In this document: piece after piece, positions 15,434-24,196 of the stretch
How positions within the stretch are numbered: position 1 is the stretch's first letter
Layout: each line of letters begins with the position of its first letter
DNA from: a virus
Strand: one strand, 5' to 3'
Virus record (IMG/VR): IMGVR_UViG_3300006198_000003
Location: 1-60,408 of that record
Length of the DNA stretch: 60,408 bases
Notes under the pieces: model-generated
Database searches by the model: none
What the model was told of the DNA's origin: nothing
The model's input: only the letters and a program-made list of their open reading frames with translations
Position numbers and translations under genes: made by a program

Positions 15434-16042
15434 ATGAAAAACATTGAACAGATTTTGAAAGAAGCAGGAATTGAGGTTACGGACGAGCAGAAAGCGGCGG
15501 TCAATGCTGCGGTGACGGAGAACTACAAGACCATTGCAGAGTTTGACAAGCAGGCTAAAAAGCTGACAGCAGCAGAAGCAGACCGGGACAATTACAAAGG
15601 GCAGCTTGACACAGCAAACGAAACCTTGGAGAAATTCAAGGACATTGACCCGGAGAAACAAGCAGAGGAAATCCAGAAGTATAAGCAGGCGGCGAAAGAA
15701 GCGCAGGACATGGCTACGAAGCAGATTCTGGAACGTGACCAGCGGGATTACCTCAAAGGCGAGTTTGACAAGCTGAAAATCGAATCGGGACGTGTCAGGG
15801 ATTCGCTCATGCGTGAAATCATGGGCGAGGACGGCTTGAAATGGAAGGACGGCGCATTTATGGGGCTGTCGGACTATCTGGCGAAGGAGAATGAAAAAGA
15901 CCACTTCTATCAGACCGAAGCTGAAAAAGCAGAAGCCGAAGCCAAAGAGAAAGCCGCCGGCAGTGCGCCGAAGTTTACGGACAAGTCCGAGCCGAAGCAG
16001 GCCCCGGCGAAAGATACCAGTCCGGCTCCTGTGATTTTCTAA
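15434..16042 (+). CDS. capsid scaffolding protein
   Basis: MKNIEQILKEAGIEVTDEQKAAVNAAVTENYKTIAEFDK, coiled-coil and charged, directly upstream of the major capsid gene. Confidence 0.85.
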   Translation: MKNIEQILKEAGIEVTDEQKAAVNAAVTENYKTIAEFDKQAKKLTAAEADRDNYKGQLDTANETLEKFKDIDPEKQAEEIQKYKQAAKEAQDMATKQILERDQRDYLKGEFDKLKIESGRVRDSLMREIMGEDGLKWKDGAFMGLSDYLAKENEKDHFYQTEAEKAEAEAKEKAAGSAPKFTDKSEPKQAPAKDTSPAPVIF

Positions 16043-16119
16043 ATCGAGTACCGGCTTACGTTTGAGTAATTTGCTGACCCACACACCTTTTAAAAATTAT
16101 GGGTAGAAAGGATTATTTT

Positions 16120-17082
16120 ATGGCTATTGATTCATTAAACATTACAAACCTTAAAGATTTATCCGGTACAGAAGAGGGTAAAATGCTTCTGGCGGAAGAA
16201 CAGAAAGGCATCATCGAAAATGTCGGAAGACGGACGATTTCAAGCCTTTTTAAGAACCAGAGACTCTCTGGCGATCCACAGGCAGGAACGCTTGTGGCGA
16301 AGAGATTTGCGTCCGCTAAAACAGAAGAATATGGCACGGCGAGAGCGGCAGGAAAAGGAAAGTCCATCAAGGGTATGCAGGTCCCTATCGACATTGACAT
16401 CGACAAGGAAATCATGGAAGAAGCAGAGGAAAAGGACATCCGCCTTGGAGGAATTCCGGGCCTGTTGTCTGATAGGAGAACAGCTATCACTCGTGCCATG
16501 GTTCGGGAACTGGACGAGAATTTCTTTCTTGTGGCTGTCGGAAAGCGCAAAGAGAGTGACGGCACTGTTGGAACGGTTGCCGGCGGTACAGAGGTCACGG
16601 TGTCCGGCGATACCATCAAAGACCGTGTAACGGCGGTAGTGATGAAGCTGCATACCACAAAGAATGAGTTCGTGGACGGCATCGAGAAAGAGGACATTCA
16701 TGTTGTCCTGTCCCCGGAAGCCTACGAGGAAATGCGGGACTACATCGACACAAAGGGAAACGCTAATGTCAAGACGGACGTTGCGGAGTTCGGACGGTAT
16801 CACGGCGCATGGATTTACTCCAATGTTCACCAGCCGGAGGGCGTTGAGATTATTGCTATGTGTACAGGAGCGATTGCGGAGCCGGTTATGGCAGACGAAT
16901 ACCAGGCAAAGCAGATTGAACTTTCCAATGCGTATGCAATCGGTATGTTCTTCCATTACGGTTGCAAGGTCGTTATGCCTGACCTGATTTTCTACAGCAA
17001 GAAACCGGGCGCGGCAAGTGCAAGCGAAACCGGAGAGGAATCTGGCGGCACGACAAGGGCAAAGAGTACGAAGCTGTCATAA
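16120..17082 (+). CDS. major capsid protein
   Basis: About 320 aa after the scaffold gene; RBS GAAAGGA before the ATG at 16120; size and synteny. Confidence 0.85.
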   Translation: MAIDSLNITNLKDLSGTEEGKMLLAEEQKGIIENVGRRTISSLFKNQRLSGDPQAGTLVAKRFASAKTEEYGTARAAGKGKSIKGMQVPIDIDIDKEIMEEAEEKDIRLGGIPGLLSDRRTAITRAMVRELDENFFLVAVGKRKESDGTVGTVAGGTEVTVSGDTIKDRVTAVVMKLHTTKNEFVDGIEKEDIHVVLSPEAYEEMRDYIDTKGNANVKTDVAEFGRYHGAWIYSNVHQPEGVEIIAMCTGAIAEPVMADEYQAKQIELSNAYAIGMFFHYGCKVVMPDLIFYSKKPGAASASETGEESGGTTRAKSTKLS

Positions 17083-17090
17083 TGAGCAAG

Positions 17091-17123
17091 CCGGCATGGG
17101 ATATGTAAAGTATTTCATGCCGG
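17091..17123 (+). other. stem-loop downstream of the major capsid gene
   Basis: CCGGCATG / CATGCCGG 8-bp stem, 17-nt loop, no T-run. Confidence 0.4.
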
Positions 17124-17144
17124 AAAACAGATTGGAGAAACATA

Positions 17145-17711
17145 ATGAAATTATTTTTTGATACAGAATTTACCGGACTGCACAAGAGAACTTCTCTTAT
17201 CAGTATCGGGATTGTTACGGAGAATGGTAAGCGGTTCTATGCGGAGTTTTCCACATACAAAGAAAACCAGTGTGACGATTGGATAAGGGAAAATGTTTTG
17301 AAGCACACCATTATTTCCGGAAATGATACCCTTGCCGCAAGGCTTGGAGAGGACAGCAACACAACGGTTGTTCTTGGCAGTAAAGCGGATATTCGGTATG
17401 AGTTGGGCGAGTGGCTGAAACAGTTCGACAGCGTTCAGTTCGTGTCCGATGTAAGCCATTATGACTTTATTCTGCTGATTGATATTTTCGGCACAGCGTT
17501 TGACTTGCCGGGGAATGTGTCGGCGGCTTGCCACGACATCAATCAGGACATTTCAAGACATTATGGAATTTCCGAAAGAGAAGCCTTTGATAAGAGCAGG
17601 GAGGACATTGTTTCCGAACTTTGCGGACAGCAGATTGAGGGAGAGAAACACAACGCCCTTTATGACGCAGAAGTTATCAAGGCTATCTATGCGGAAGTAT
17701 GCAAGGGGTAG
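17145..17711 (+). CDS. DEDDh 3'-5' exonuclease (DnaQ/Rv2179c-like)
   Basis: MKLFFDTEFTGL (Exo I DxE), HYDFILL, HNALYDAEV (Exo III HxxxD). Confidence 0.8.
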   Translation: MKLFFDTEFTGLHKRTSLISIGIVTENGKRFYAEFSTYKENQCDDWIRENVLKHTIISGNDTLAARLGEDSNTTVVLGSKADIRYELGEWLKQFDSVQFVSDVSHYDFILLIDIFGTAFDLPGNVSAACHDINQDISRHYGISEREAFDKSREDIVSELCGQQIEGEKHNALYDAEVIKAIYAEVCKG

Positions 17712-17714
17712 CCT

Positions 17715-18260
17715 ATGGGATATGTAACCTACGATTACTACAAAAGCATATACGGCGAGGATTCCATGCCGGAAACCGACTTTAACCGGCTGTCATGGGA
17801 GGCTTGCCGGAAAGTAGACACTCTCACGCTGAATAAGCTGAAATTTGCATTTCCCACCAATGAGGATGATGTTGAAGCTGTCCGGCGGTGTGTCTGCAAG
17901 CTGATTGAGATTGCCGGGCAGATTGAAGCGGCAAACAAACGGGTATCAGAGGGACAGGGGTACATAACGGACGAATCCGGCGCACTCCGGGGGAAAGTGG
18001 TGTCTTCCGTTTCCTCCGGCAGTGAATCCATATCGTACACGGCAAAGGCAGAGGGCGGCAGTACGCTGATAGACGCTGTTTTGTCGGACAAGGCGGCGCA
18101 GGAGCGGCTTTACCGTGATACCGTGAGGGAATATCTTTCACTTGTACCAGATTCCAACGGTGTAAACCTTTTGTATGCCGGAATCCCCTACCCACGCCGC
18201 AATGCCCCGATAAGCAGACCGCCGGAGGAAAGCGAGGATAAAGAAGATGGGACTGTTTAA
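17715..18260 (+). CDS. putative head-tail connector/adaptor protein
   Basis: Position after the capsid gene; N-terminus YVTYDYYKSIYGEDSMPETDFNRLSWEA resembles gp6-like connector families. Confidence 0.4.
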   Translation: MGYVTYDYYKSIYGEDSMPETDFNRLSWEACRKVDTLTLNKLKFAFPTNEDDVEAVRRCVCKLIEIAGQIEAANKRVSEGQGYITDESGALRGKVVSSVSSGSESISYTAKAEGGSTLIDAVLSDKAAQERLYRDTVREYLSLVPDSNGVNLLYAGIPYPRRNAPISRPPEESEDKEDGTV

Positions 18261-18459
18261 GAAAATGTGTTCGCATAATTATGTAGTGAAAGAACGGTCA
18301 AACGCTCTCCAACAGGACGAAATGGGCTATCCGTTGCGCCTGTGTATCTGTCAGTGTTCCAAATGTGGAAAATCGGAGCAGAAGTGGCTTGATACCAATG
18401 AAAGCGCACTTAATGAAATAAAGACTGGGAAATCATTCCTTGTAAAGTGGGATAGGTGA
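18247..18459 (+). CDS. small Cys-rich hypothetical protein
   Basis: 70-aa ORF with LCICQCSKCGKSEQKW. Confidence 0.4.
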   Translation: MGLFKKMCSHNYVVKERSNALQQDEMGYPLRLCICQCSKCGKSEQKWLDTNESALNEIKTGKSFLVKWDR

Positions 18460-18463
18460 CGCT

Positions 18464-18934
18464 ATGGGAATAGGCTATGTTGACAGCGTGGTTATTTACA
18501 ACCGCTATGTAAACGGACTGATGGAAACAGAAACATATTTCGGCACACGGTTTGACAATGTGCGAGTGGAGCTGACACAGGGGGCTAACCAAAAGGCAAG
18601 CGGCATGGAAAACGCCAGCGTATGCGTGGTGAAAATTCCGAATGTCAATCTGCCAAAACCGTATAAAGCGCCGGAAGTGTGGAACGACCTAACAACAGAG
18701 GATATGCTTGAAAGTTTCACGCTAGATACCGAGGGAAAGAATTTCTTCGTAATTGTGAAGAAATCGGAACTGGGCATTGACATTGATGTACCTGTTGGAC
18801 TGATAGACCAAGACGAAACCAAGTACCCCGGCGGATTTTTTGAGTATATCAAGACCAAGTATGGCTATGCGTTCAGCGTTGATACGGTGGACGTTTATAC
18901 CTTAATACCAAGATTTGAAATAGGAGGAAGATAG
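18464..18934 (+). CDS. putative head-tail joining structural protein
   Basis: 156-aa ORF in the connector region; function assigned by synteny only. Confidence 0.35.
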   Translation: MGIGYVDSVVIYNRYVNGLMETETYFGTRFDNVRVELTQGANQKASGMENASVCVVKIPNVNLPKPYKAPEVWNDLTTEDMLESFTLDTEGKNFFVIVKKSELGIDIDVPVGLIDQDETKYPGGFFEYIKTKYGYAFSVDTVDVYTLIPRFEIGGR

Positions 18935-19131
18935 TGTTTATCAGGGCTAAGAATATTTACAAATGCCGATTGTGTGGAATGCAATTTGAAGAAGAAAAAT
19001 GTGATGATATACGAAGTGAAAACATAAACACCAATTTGTTCTCCCCATATAATTGGCATAAGTGCGAAGACGGTCGTAATGGTCTTTCTGATTTGCTTGG
19101 TACATATGGCGGAGAAGTGATAAATGAGTAG
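18934..19131 (+). CDS. small zinc-ribbon protein, paralog A
   Basis: GTG start; IYKCRLCGMQFEEE...WHKCEDGRNGLSD; paralogous to 19176-19409. Confidence 0.5.
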   Translation: MFIRAKNIYKCRLCGMQFEEEKCDDIRSENINTNLFSPYNWHKCEDGRNGLSDLLGTYGGEVINE

Positions 19132-19132
19132 T

Positions 19133-19175
19133 ACGTTTATACGCTGATACCGAGGTTTGAGATTGGAGGAAGATA
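19133..19175 (+). repeat. fossil copy of the 3' end of gene 18464-18934
   Basis: 36/43 identical to 18891-18933. Both encode VYTLIPRFEIGGR*, and all differences within that shared stretch are synonymous. Confidence 0.85.
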
Positions 19176-19409
19176 ATGGCTGAATATGTAGCGGTTTATA
19201 AATGCCGGTTGTGTGGAGAGGTACAGACCGATTCTCTTATTTCGGAGGAAGAAGCAAAGAAATGCTTGCGAATGTTTGAGAGAGGAAAAATGCGATACCA
19301 ATCACGTTCTGGGAGAAATGATGTTTATAAATATAAAGGGCATTATTTCTGCAATGATGGCTCTTTAGGCGTTGCCGACTTCCAAGGATTTAGAAAGGTA
19401 AGGGAGTAG
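19176..19409 (+). CDS. small zinc-ribbon protein, paralog B
   Basis: VAVYKCRLCGEVQTDS...HYFCNDGSLGVAD. Confidence 0.55.
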   Translation: MAEYVAVYKCRLCGEVQTDSLISEEEAKKCLRMFERGKMRYQSRSGRNDVYKYKGHYFCNDGSLGVADFQGFRKVRE

Positions 19410-19412
19410 CCT

Positions 19413-19886
19413 ATGCCCGAAGAAATCAAAGAACGCCTTTCAAAAACGGAATATGACAAGGTCGGGGAAATGCTGCTTGAGCTGATTGCGGAGTGTCCGT
19501 ATATCCCGGCTGATCTGAAAGGAAAAACCGGAGGAATTCAGTATCAGTCAATGGGGACGGATAAGTGCATCGGAATCCTGACGCTTCCCGGCGCAAAATA
19601 CGTTAAAAAGTATGTGTCTGGCAGCTTTGTGGCGCAGGTTAGCTTTCAGATTGCGTATAAGAGTAGTCCTACAAACAATAAAGGGCGCATAGATGCACAG
19701 GCAGTTGTGGATAACATCATGGACTGGCTGGAAGATATTGAGAAATTACCGTCACTATCTGGCGGAAGAAAAATAACCAAAATCACCGCCTCAAGTAGCT
19801 TTGCAACCGTGGACGAGGTAAGCGGAGACAAGCAGACTGTTTTTGTGGCAAATGCAGAAATGCGGTATGAAAAGAAAGGAGCATAA
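19413..19886 (+). CDS. putative tail completion/neck protein
   Basis: 157-aa ORF immediately upstream of the major tail gene; synteny only. Confidence 0.35.
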   Translation: MPEEIKERLSKTEYDKVGEMLLELIAECPYIPADLKGKTGGIQYQSMGTDKCIGILTLPGAKYVKKYVSGSFVAQVSFQIAYKSSPTNNKGRIDAQAVVDNIMDWLEDIEKLPSLSGGRKITKITASSSFATVDEVSGDKQTVFVANAEMRYEKKGA

Positions 19887-19889
19887 AAA

Positions 19890-20435
19890 GTGGCAAACGA
19901 CAGAACAAACATGGTGTCCTTGTTGGACTTTGGGAAGTGGATGGATGGTGATGCATCGAACATACTCGAGCTTGGGGACGGATATACGGAATTGACCGAG
20001 GACTGGTCCCCGAATACGAACGAAACAACCTATGTAAACATGAAAACAGCAGCAACTACAGTTAATGGATATGCGCTTTCTATGACGCCGGAACGCGAGC
20101 ATCTATCCGATGAAGCGCAAGAGTACATAGACAGGGCATTTCGAAAATTTCCAACTGGGAAAAGTGCAGAAACAGACTATTACCGGTTTTACAAGACCGG
20201 AAAGTCTGGAGACGGGTTCCTGGCAATCAAAGTGCCTGTGGTTGCGATGCCGACCTCTACGGGCGGAACAGGTGGCGAAACGCTCACGTCCTCGATCCAG
20301 ATTAGCGGAAACGGCGATGCCGTTGACGGCATCATGAAGATTGAAGAAGGGAAATGGACATTTACCGAGACACCGGACGCAGAAGCAGCAGCGTATAAAA
20401 TACGCAAAAATGGCAGCGCAAGCCTTAGCGACTAG
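19890..20435 (+). CDS. major tail protein
   Basis: 181 aa, GTG start with RBS AAAGGAG; position upstream of chaperones and the tape measure. Confidence 0.6.
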   Translation: MANDRTNMVSLLDFGKWMDGDASNILELGDGYTELTEDWSPNTNETTYVNMKTAATTVNGYALSMTPEREHLSDEAQEYIDRAFRKFPTGKSAETDYYRFYKTGKSGDGFLAIKVPVVAMPTSTGGTGGETLTSSIQISGNGDAVDGIMKIEEGKWTFTETPDAEAAAYKIRKNGSASLSD

Positions 20436-20509
20436 GTATTAAGCAAGCACTTAATATGCAGGGGAGCATACCTTTCCATTGTTCCCCTGTTTTGGAAAGG
20501 ATATTAGGA

Positions 20510-20959
20510 ATGGATAGTTTAAGAGTAAATAGCGGCATAAAAAATATCGAGGTAAATGACAATGGGGATTATATCAGCATCCCGATCAGTGACGCTGGTT
20601 TTTATGAACGTTTCGGCGCTCTGATGAAGAATTTTGAAAGCAAGCAGGCAGAAATCGAACAGCGGGCAAAGGAGCTGTCAGAAAAACACAAAGACAAACA
20701 AAATGATGATGTGGATATGATCGTTGACAGCATTCAGCTTTACGCTGATTTATGCAGATACACCTGCACTGAACTGGACAGCCTTTTTGGAGAGGGATGC
20801 TGCCGCAAAGTGTTTGTAGGTATCCAGAATCCGGGAGTGGAACTGATTGCAGATTTCTTTGAGCAGATTACACCGCTTCTCAATCAGTATGCGCAGGAGA
20901 GAAATCAGAAGATAGATCTCATATACAGCCGCAATCGTAAAGGGGCAAGGAGCAAGTAA
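20510..20959 (+). CDS. putative tail assembly chaperone
   Basis: Acidic 149-aa protein between the major tail and Gp15-like genes. Confidence 0.45.
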   Translation: MDSLRVNSGIKNIEVNDNGDYISIPISDAGFYERFGALMKNFESKQAEIEQRAKELSEKHKDKQNDDVDMIVDSIQLYADLCRYTCTELDSLFGEGCCRKVFVGIQNPGVELIADFFEQITPLLNQYAQERNQKIDLIYSRNRKGARSK

Positions 20960-21603
20960 TGTTTAATGTTTTGCTGGATCCTCTTCCAACAGAATACAGA
21001 GGTTTTCCCATTGATTCAGATTTTCAGATTGGCATCCAGATTATGCAGGCCCTGGAGGATGGTGAACTTTCGCGGCAGGAGGGACAGGCGGTAGCTTTAT
21101 CCCTCCTGTTTCTTCAAGAAGATGCTCAAGGCAATCAGCTTCCCCTGCCGGATGCCGAAACTGCCCTGGAAGGACTTGTGTGGTTTTTGACGGACTGGAA
21201 CCATGATCATAATAGCAAGGTAGATAAGACGAGGATAACTGACTTCGACATTGATCAATGGCGTATATATTCTGCCTTTAAACAGCATTATGGAATCAAC
21301 CTGAATATAGATAAGCTGCACTTTTGGGAATTTATGGGACTGCTCACCACACTGCCAGAATGCGCCTATACACGCGTTATTGATATCCGGGCGAAGAAAA
21401 TCACGTCTAAAATGGGAACGGACGAGAAAAAGGCATATACGGAGCTTAAAAAGGTATATGCGCTGGACCAGCCGAATGAAGTAGAGTATACCGACAATCA
21501 GAAGGCGGCCATCGATGAGTTTGACCGGATGATGGAAGAACAAAAGAAAATCAGGGAAAGTAAGAAACTGGCGGCAAAAGCTTTTAAGGATATGGTGAGA
21601 TGA
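20959..21603 (+). CDS. bacteriophage Gp15-family protein (tail assembly)
   Basis: MFNVLLDPLPTEYRGFPIDSDFQIGIQIMQ matches the Gp15 family N-terminal pattern. Confidence 0.7.
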   Translation: MFNVLLDPLPTEYRGFPIDSDFQIGIQIMQALEDGELSRQEGQAVALSLLFLQEDAQGNQLPLPDAETALEGLVWFLTDWNHDHNSKVDKTRITDFDIDQWRIYSAFKQHYGINLNIDKLHFWEFMGLLTTLPECAYTRVIDIRAKKITSKMGTDEKKAYTELKKVYALDQPNEVEYTDNQKAAIDEFDRMMEEQKKIRESKKLAAKAFKDMVR

Positions 21604-22223
21604 TGTACAGGCAAACCAAAAACTATGAAAACCTTCAGAAGCGTGTATTTGACGGTGCAGGGGAATATGGCATACCGCAGATACAGCCTGCAACATATAA
21701 AAGTTGTGACTGGATCGGGTTCAATTATGCCAGAAGTGAAAAGAATAGGACGGATAAGGGAGTACATTTCTTCCTTGACGATTACCAATTTGGAGTAGTT
21801 TGGCAGTCTCCAGACAAGTACCTTGATATGTTCCGGCAATTCACTCATGTCATGTCCCCGGACTTCTCTACATACACTGACTTTCCGAAAGCCATACAGA
21901 TTTATAACCACTATCGCAAGCACTGGGTAGGCGCATACCTGCAAGAGAATGGTGTAGATGTGATCCCAACTATATCTTGGAGTACGCCGGATTCATTTGA
22001 ATGGTGCTTTGACGGGGAGCCTGCAGGCGGCGCGGTTGCGGTATCTTCCGTTGGAGCGACGAACAGCCGGGAAAAGAAAGTGCTGTTCCTTGCCGGATAT
22101 AATGCTATGATAGAGCGACTGCATCCAGAAACTATTCTCTTTTATGGGAAAGTGCCAGAGGAATGCCAGGGGAATATTGTGCAGATACAACCGTTTCATA
22201 AGCGGTTTGAGAAAGAAGTGTAA
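21600..22223 (+). CDS. DUF4417 domain protein
   Basis: GVHFFLDDYQFGVVWQSPDKY...MSPDFSTYTDFPKAIQIYNHYRKHWVGAYLQENGVDVIPTISW. Confidence 0.8.
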   Translation: MMYRQTKNYENLQKRVFDGAGEYGIPQIQPATYKSCDWIGFNYARSEKNRTDKGVHFFLDDYQFGVVWQSPDKYLDMFRQFTHVMSPDFSTYTDFPKAIQIYNHYRKHWVGAYLQENGVDVIPTISWSTPDSFEWCFDGEPAGGAVAVSSVGATNSREKKVLFLAGYNAMIERLHPETILFYGKVPEECQGNIVQIQPFHKRFEKEV

Positions 22224-22226
22224 GAT

Positions 22227-22622
22227 ATGGGTGGCAGAGGAGCAAGTTCTGGAATATCCAAAAGTGGTAAGAAATATGGGAGCGAATACGCAACAGTATA
22301 TCAATGTGAAAATATCAAATTTGTAAAGCCGAACGAAGGAAACACAACCGCTCCAATGGAAACGCAATCAAAGGATAGAATTTATGTTACTTTGGATTAT
22401 AAAGATGAGCCAAAATTTGTATCATATTATGACAATGAAGGTAAGCGCTATAAGCAGATTGATTTGGCAGGGCAGGCACATAAAATTGATGGCGTTCCGA
22501 CATTGCCGCATACTCATATGGGGTATAATCACAATGAAAATGGTGATAGGGTTTTGAGTGAGGAAGAAAAGAAGATTGTTGCTCGTATAAGGAAGGTGTG
22601 GTATAATAAATACAATAAGTAG
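22227..22622 (+). CDS. hypothetical protein
   Basis: 131 aa, N-terminus MGGRGASSGISKSGKKYG. Confidence 0.5.
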   Translation: MGGRGASSGISKSGKKYGSEYATVYQCENIKFVKPNEGNTTAPMETQSKDRIYVTLDYKDEPKFVSYYDNEGKRYKQIDLAGQAHKIDGVPTLPHTHMGYNHNENGDRVLSEEEKKIVARIRKVWYNKYNK

Positions 22623-22687
22623 TAGCTCATGAAGGAGAGCAATGCGAAAGCATACGGAACCCGGTGCAACTCTGGGCGCTTATTACA

Positions 22688-22719
22688 AGGCATGGCTTAT
22701 GGCTGTGCCTTTTTATTTT
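22688..22719 (+). terminator. rho-independent terminator
   Basis: AGGCATGGC / GCTGTGCCT 9-bp stem followed by TTTTATTTT. Confidence 0.7.
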
Positions 22720-22731
22720 GAGCAGATGAAA

Positions 22732-22755
22732 GGGCAGTAGAAATACTGCTCTTTT
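22732..22755 (+). terminator. second tandem terminator
   Basis: GGGCAGTA-GAA-TACTGCTC followed by TTTT. Confidence 0.65.
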
Positions 22756-22757
22756 AA

Positions 22758-22791
22758 TTTGGTACAACTGCTGTTTGAATCTGTGCTACCA
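22758..22791 (+). promoter_or_regulatory. Conserved promoter-like motif copy P5
   Basis: TTGGTA 22758-22763, 22-nt spacer, TGc-TACCAT 22786-22791. Confidence 0.5.
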
Positions 22792-22906
22792 TATTTACAT
22801 GGCAAGGATAGGGAGCGCACCTGAAAAGCAGTTTTGTTACCGTCCTACTGTTTCCTTGCCTATTCGATATGAGGACGGGCATTAGAGAAAGGATGGTAAA
22901 AAATAT

Positions 22907-23617
22907 ATGGATAACATCGAAAACAGCAAATTGCAGACACCTATTGAGATCGCATTGGGAATTGATGAGAACGGAATGACCACGGCCAGGGCTTTGTATG
23001 AATTTTTAGGACTTGCGCCAAGCCAGTTTTCCAGATGGGCAAAACAGAATATCGAAAACAATGAATTTTATGAAGAAAATAAGGACTGGGAGGGGTTCGA
23101 CATTGTGTCGAGCGGCAATAAATGCAAGGATTATAGGCTTACAACCGATTTTGCCAAGCATTTATCTATGGAAAGTCATTCTGTCAGAGGAAAAGAAGCA
23201 AGGCAATATTTTATTTTGGTAGAGGATAAAGCAAAAGAAGTTGCTATAAACCGCCAGCAGTTATCCCCTCAAATGCAGATGCTTATGGCAATGGTGGAGT
23301 CACAGGCAAGGCAGGAGCTGGAGCAGAAACGGCAGGCAGAACAGATAAATCAGCTGGCAGACGGAATGAAACAGCTTGAATCCAGGATGGCCACGCACAA
23401 CGAGGATTATTACACCATTGCCGGGTACGCAAGCCTCAGGGGTCTGAATGTGGATATTAACAGGGCAAATATGCTTGGCAGGAAAGCAAGTAATGTATCC
23501 AGGAAGTATGGGTATGAAATCGGAAAAGTACAGGATCCACGGTTTGGAACTGTGAATACATATCATGTGGACATACTGAAAAGTGTTTTTGATAGGAAAG
23601 AGAGTTATGGACAGTAG
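22907..23617 (+). CDS. AntA-domain antirepressor-like protein (paralog 1)
   Basis: TPIEIALGIDENGMTTARALYEFLGLAPSQFSRWAKQNIENNEFYEENKDW is the AntA pattern. C-terminus YYTIAGYASLRG...RFGTVNTY. Confidence 0.7.
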   Translation: MDNIENSKLQTPIEIALGIDENGMTTARALYEFLGLAPSQFSRWAKQNIENNEFYEENKDWEGFDIVSSGNKCKDYRLTTDFAKHLSMESHSVRGKEARQYFILVEDKAKEVAINRQQLSPQMQMLMAMVESQARQELEQKRQAEQINQLADGMKQLESRMATHNEDYYTIAGYASLRGLNVDINRANMLGRKASNVSRKYGYEIGKVQDPRFGTVNTYHVDILKSVFDRKESYGQ

Positions 23618-23720
23618 GTAAATTCTACTGTCTTTTTTATTTTGTGTATTGACATTCCCATAGCATCTTTTGTCAAAATATGGCTTGGTGTAAGTATTGG
23701 GAAAGGCAGAAAAATGTATC

Positions 23721-23749
23721 TTGCAATCAAAATCTGCATATGCTATAAT
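23721..23749 (+). promoter_or_regulatory. canonical sigma-A promoter of the candidate sRNA
   Basis: TTGCAA 23721-23726, 17-nt spacer, TATAAT 23744-23749. Confidence 0.65.
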
Positions 23750-23755
23750 GCCAAT

Positions 23756-23845
23756 AGGCAAAGAAACGTGGAGAAATCCATATAGGCAAAGAATGAAATC
23801 CCCGAACCGTAGTAGCGTACAGTCCGGGGATTCTTCTTTTCTTTT
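23756..23845 (+). ncRNA. candidate ~90-nt sRNA (putative type I antitoxin)
   Basis: Promoter plus terminator hairpin 23798-23831 with a T-run; no ORF; ATAGGCAAAGAA duplicated (23754, 23782); convergent with the small toxin ORF. Confidence 0.45.
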
Positions 23846-23868
23846 ATAGTGGCAAAGCACCCACTAGG

Positions 23869-23967
23869 CTATTTGCTGTCCTTGTCGTGCCTGTCTAGCC
23901 ATTTGCCGATGAGGTGGCAAACCACACCTGCCGCAACAGTCACAGGAAACGTGAAGAAAAGCTCCAT
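23869..23967 (-). CDS. 32-aa hydrophobic peptide, candidate type I toxin
   Basis: MELFFTFPVTVAAGVVCHLIGKWLDRHDKDSK: a TM helix plus a charged tail. Strong RBS GGAGGAGG 7 nt upstream. Confidence 0.55.
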   Translation of the reverse strand: MELFFTFPVTVAAGVVCHLIGKWLDRHDKDSK

Positions 23968-24196
23968 ATAAACACCTCCTCCCGTTGCCGGGTATCGGTT
24001 GGACAACGGAATCATTATATCACGCATTTCAGCATAATTCTACATTTTCCCTTTTGACTTTGTACAATGTATAGCTTTTCCTATCAGAATATAATATGGT
24101 GAAGGTATTAGGAAAGATGGTAAATGCATCTTCTCAATTATGTAGTTTTATGGTAGAATATGGAATATTATAAAATTTTAGGAGGATTTGGGGAAT

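Noticed and set aside
15416-16084. 222-aa minus-strand ORF covering the scaffold gene
   Set aside because: It is an antisense shadow of a strongly supported + strand gene. It has no RBS and a low-complexity Leu/Arg/Phe-rich translation. The same applies to the other long antisense ORFs (for example 16240-16956, 34784-35635, 40351-40937, 50482-51075, 54906-55793).
20510-21603. Programmed -1 frameshift between tail chaperone ORFs
   Set aside because: The two ORFs are separately initiated (ATGA-type junction at 20959), and I found no slippery heptamer at the junction.
24054-24095. Tenth copy of the conserved promoter motif (TTTGTACAAT ... TATAAT)
   Set aside because: The upstream box is degenerate (TGTACAA) and the spacing is 25 nt instead of 22, so it is not counted.
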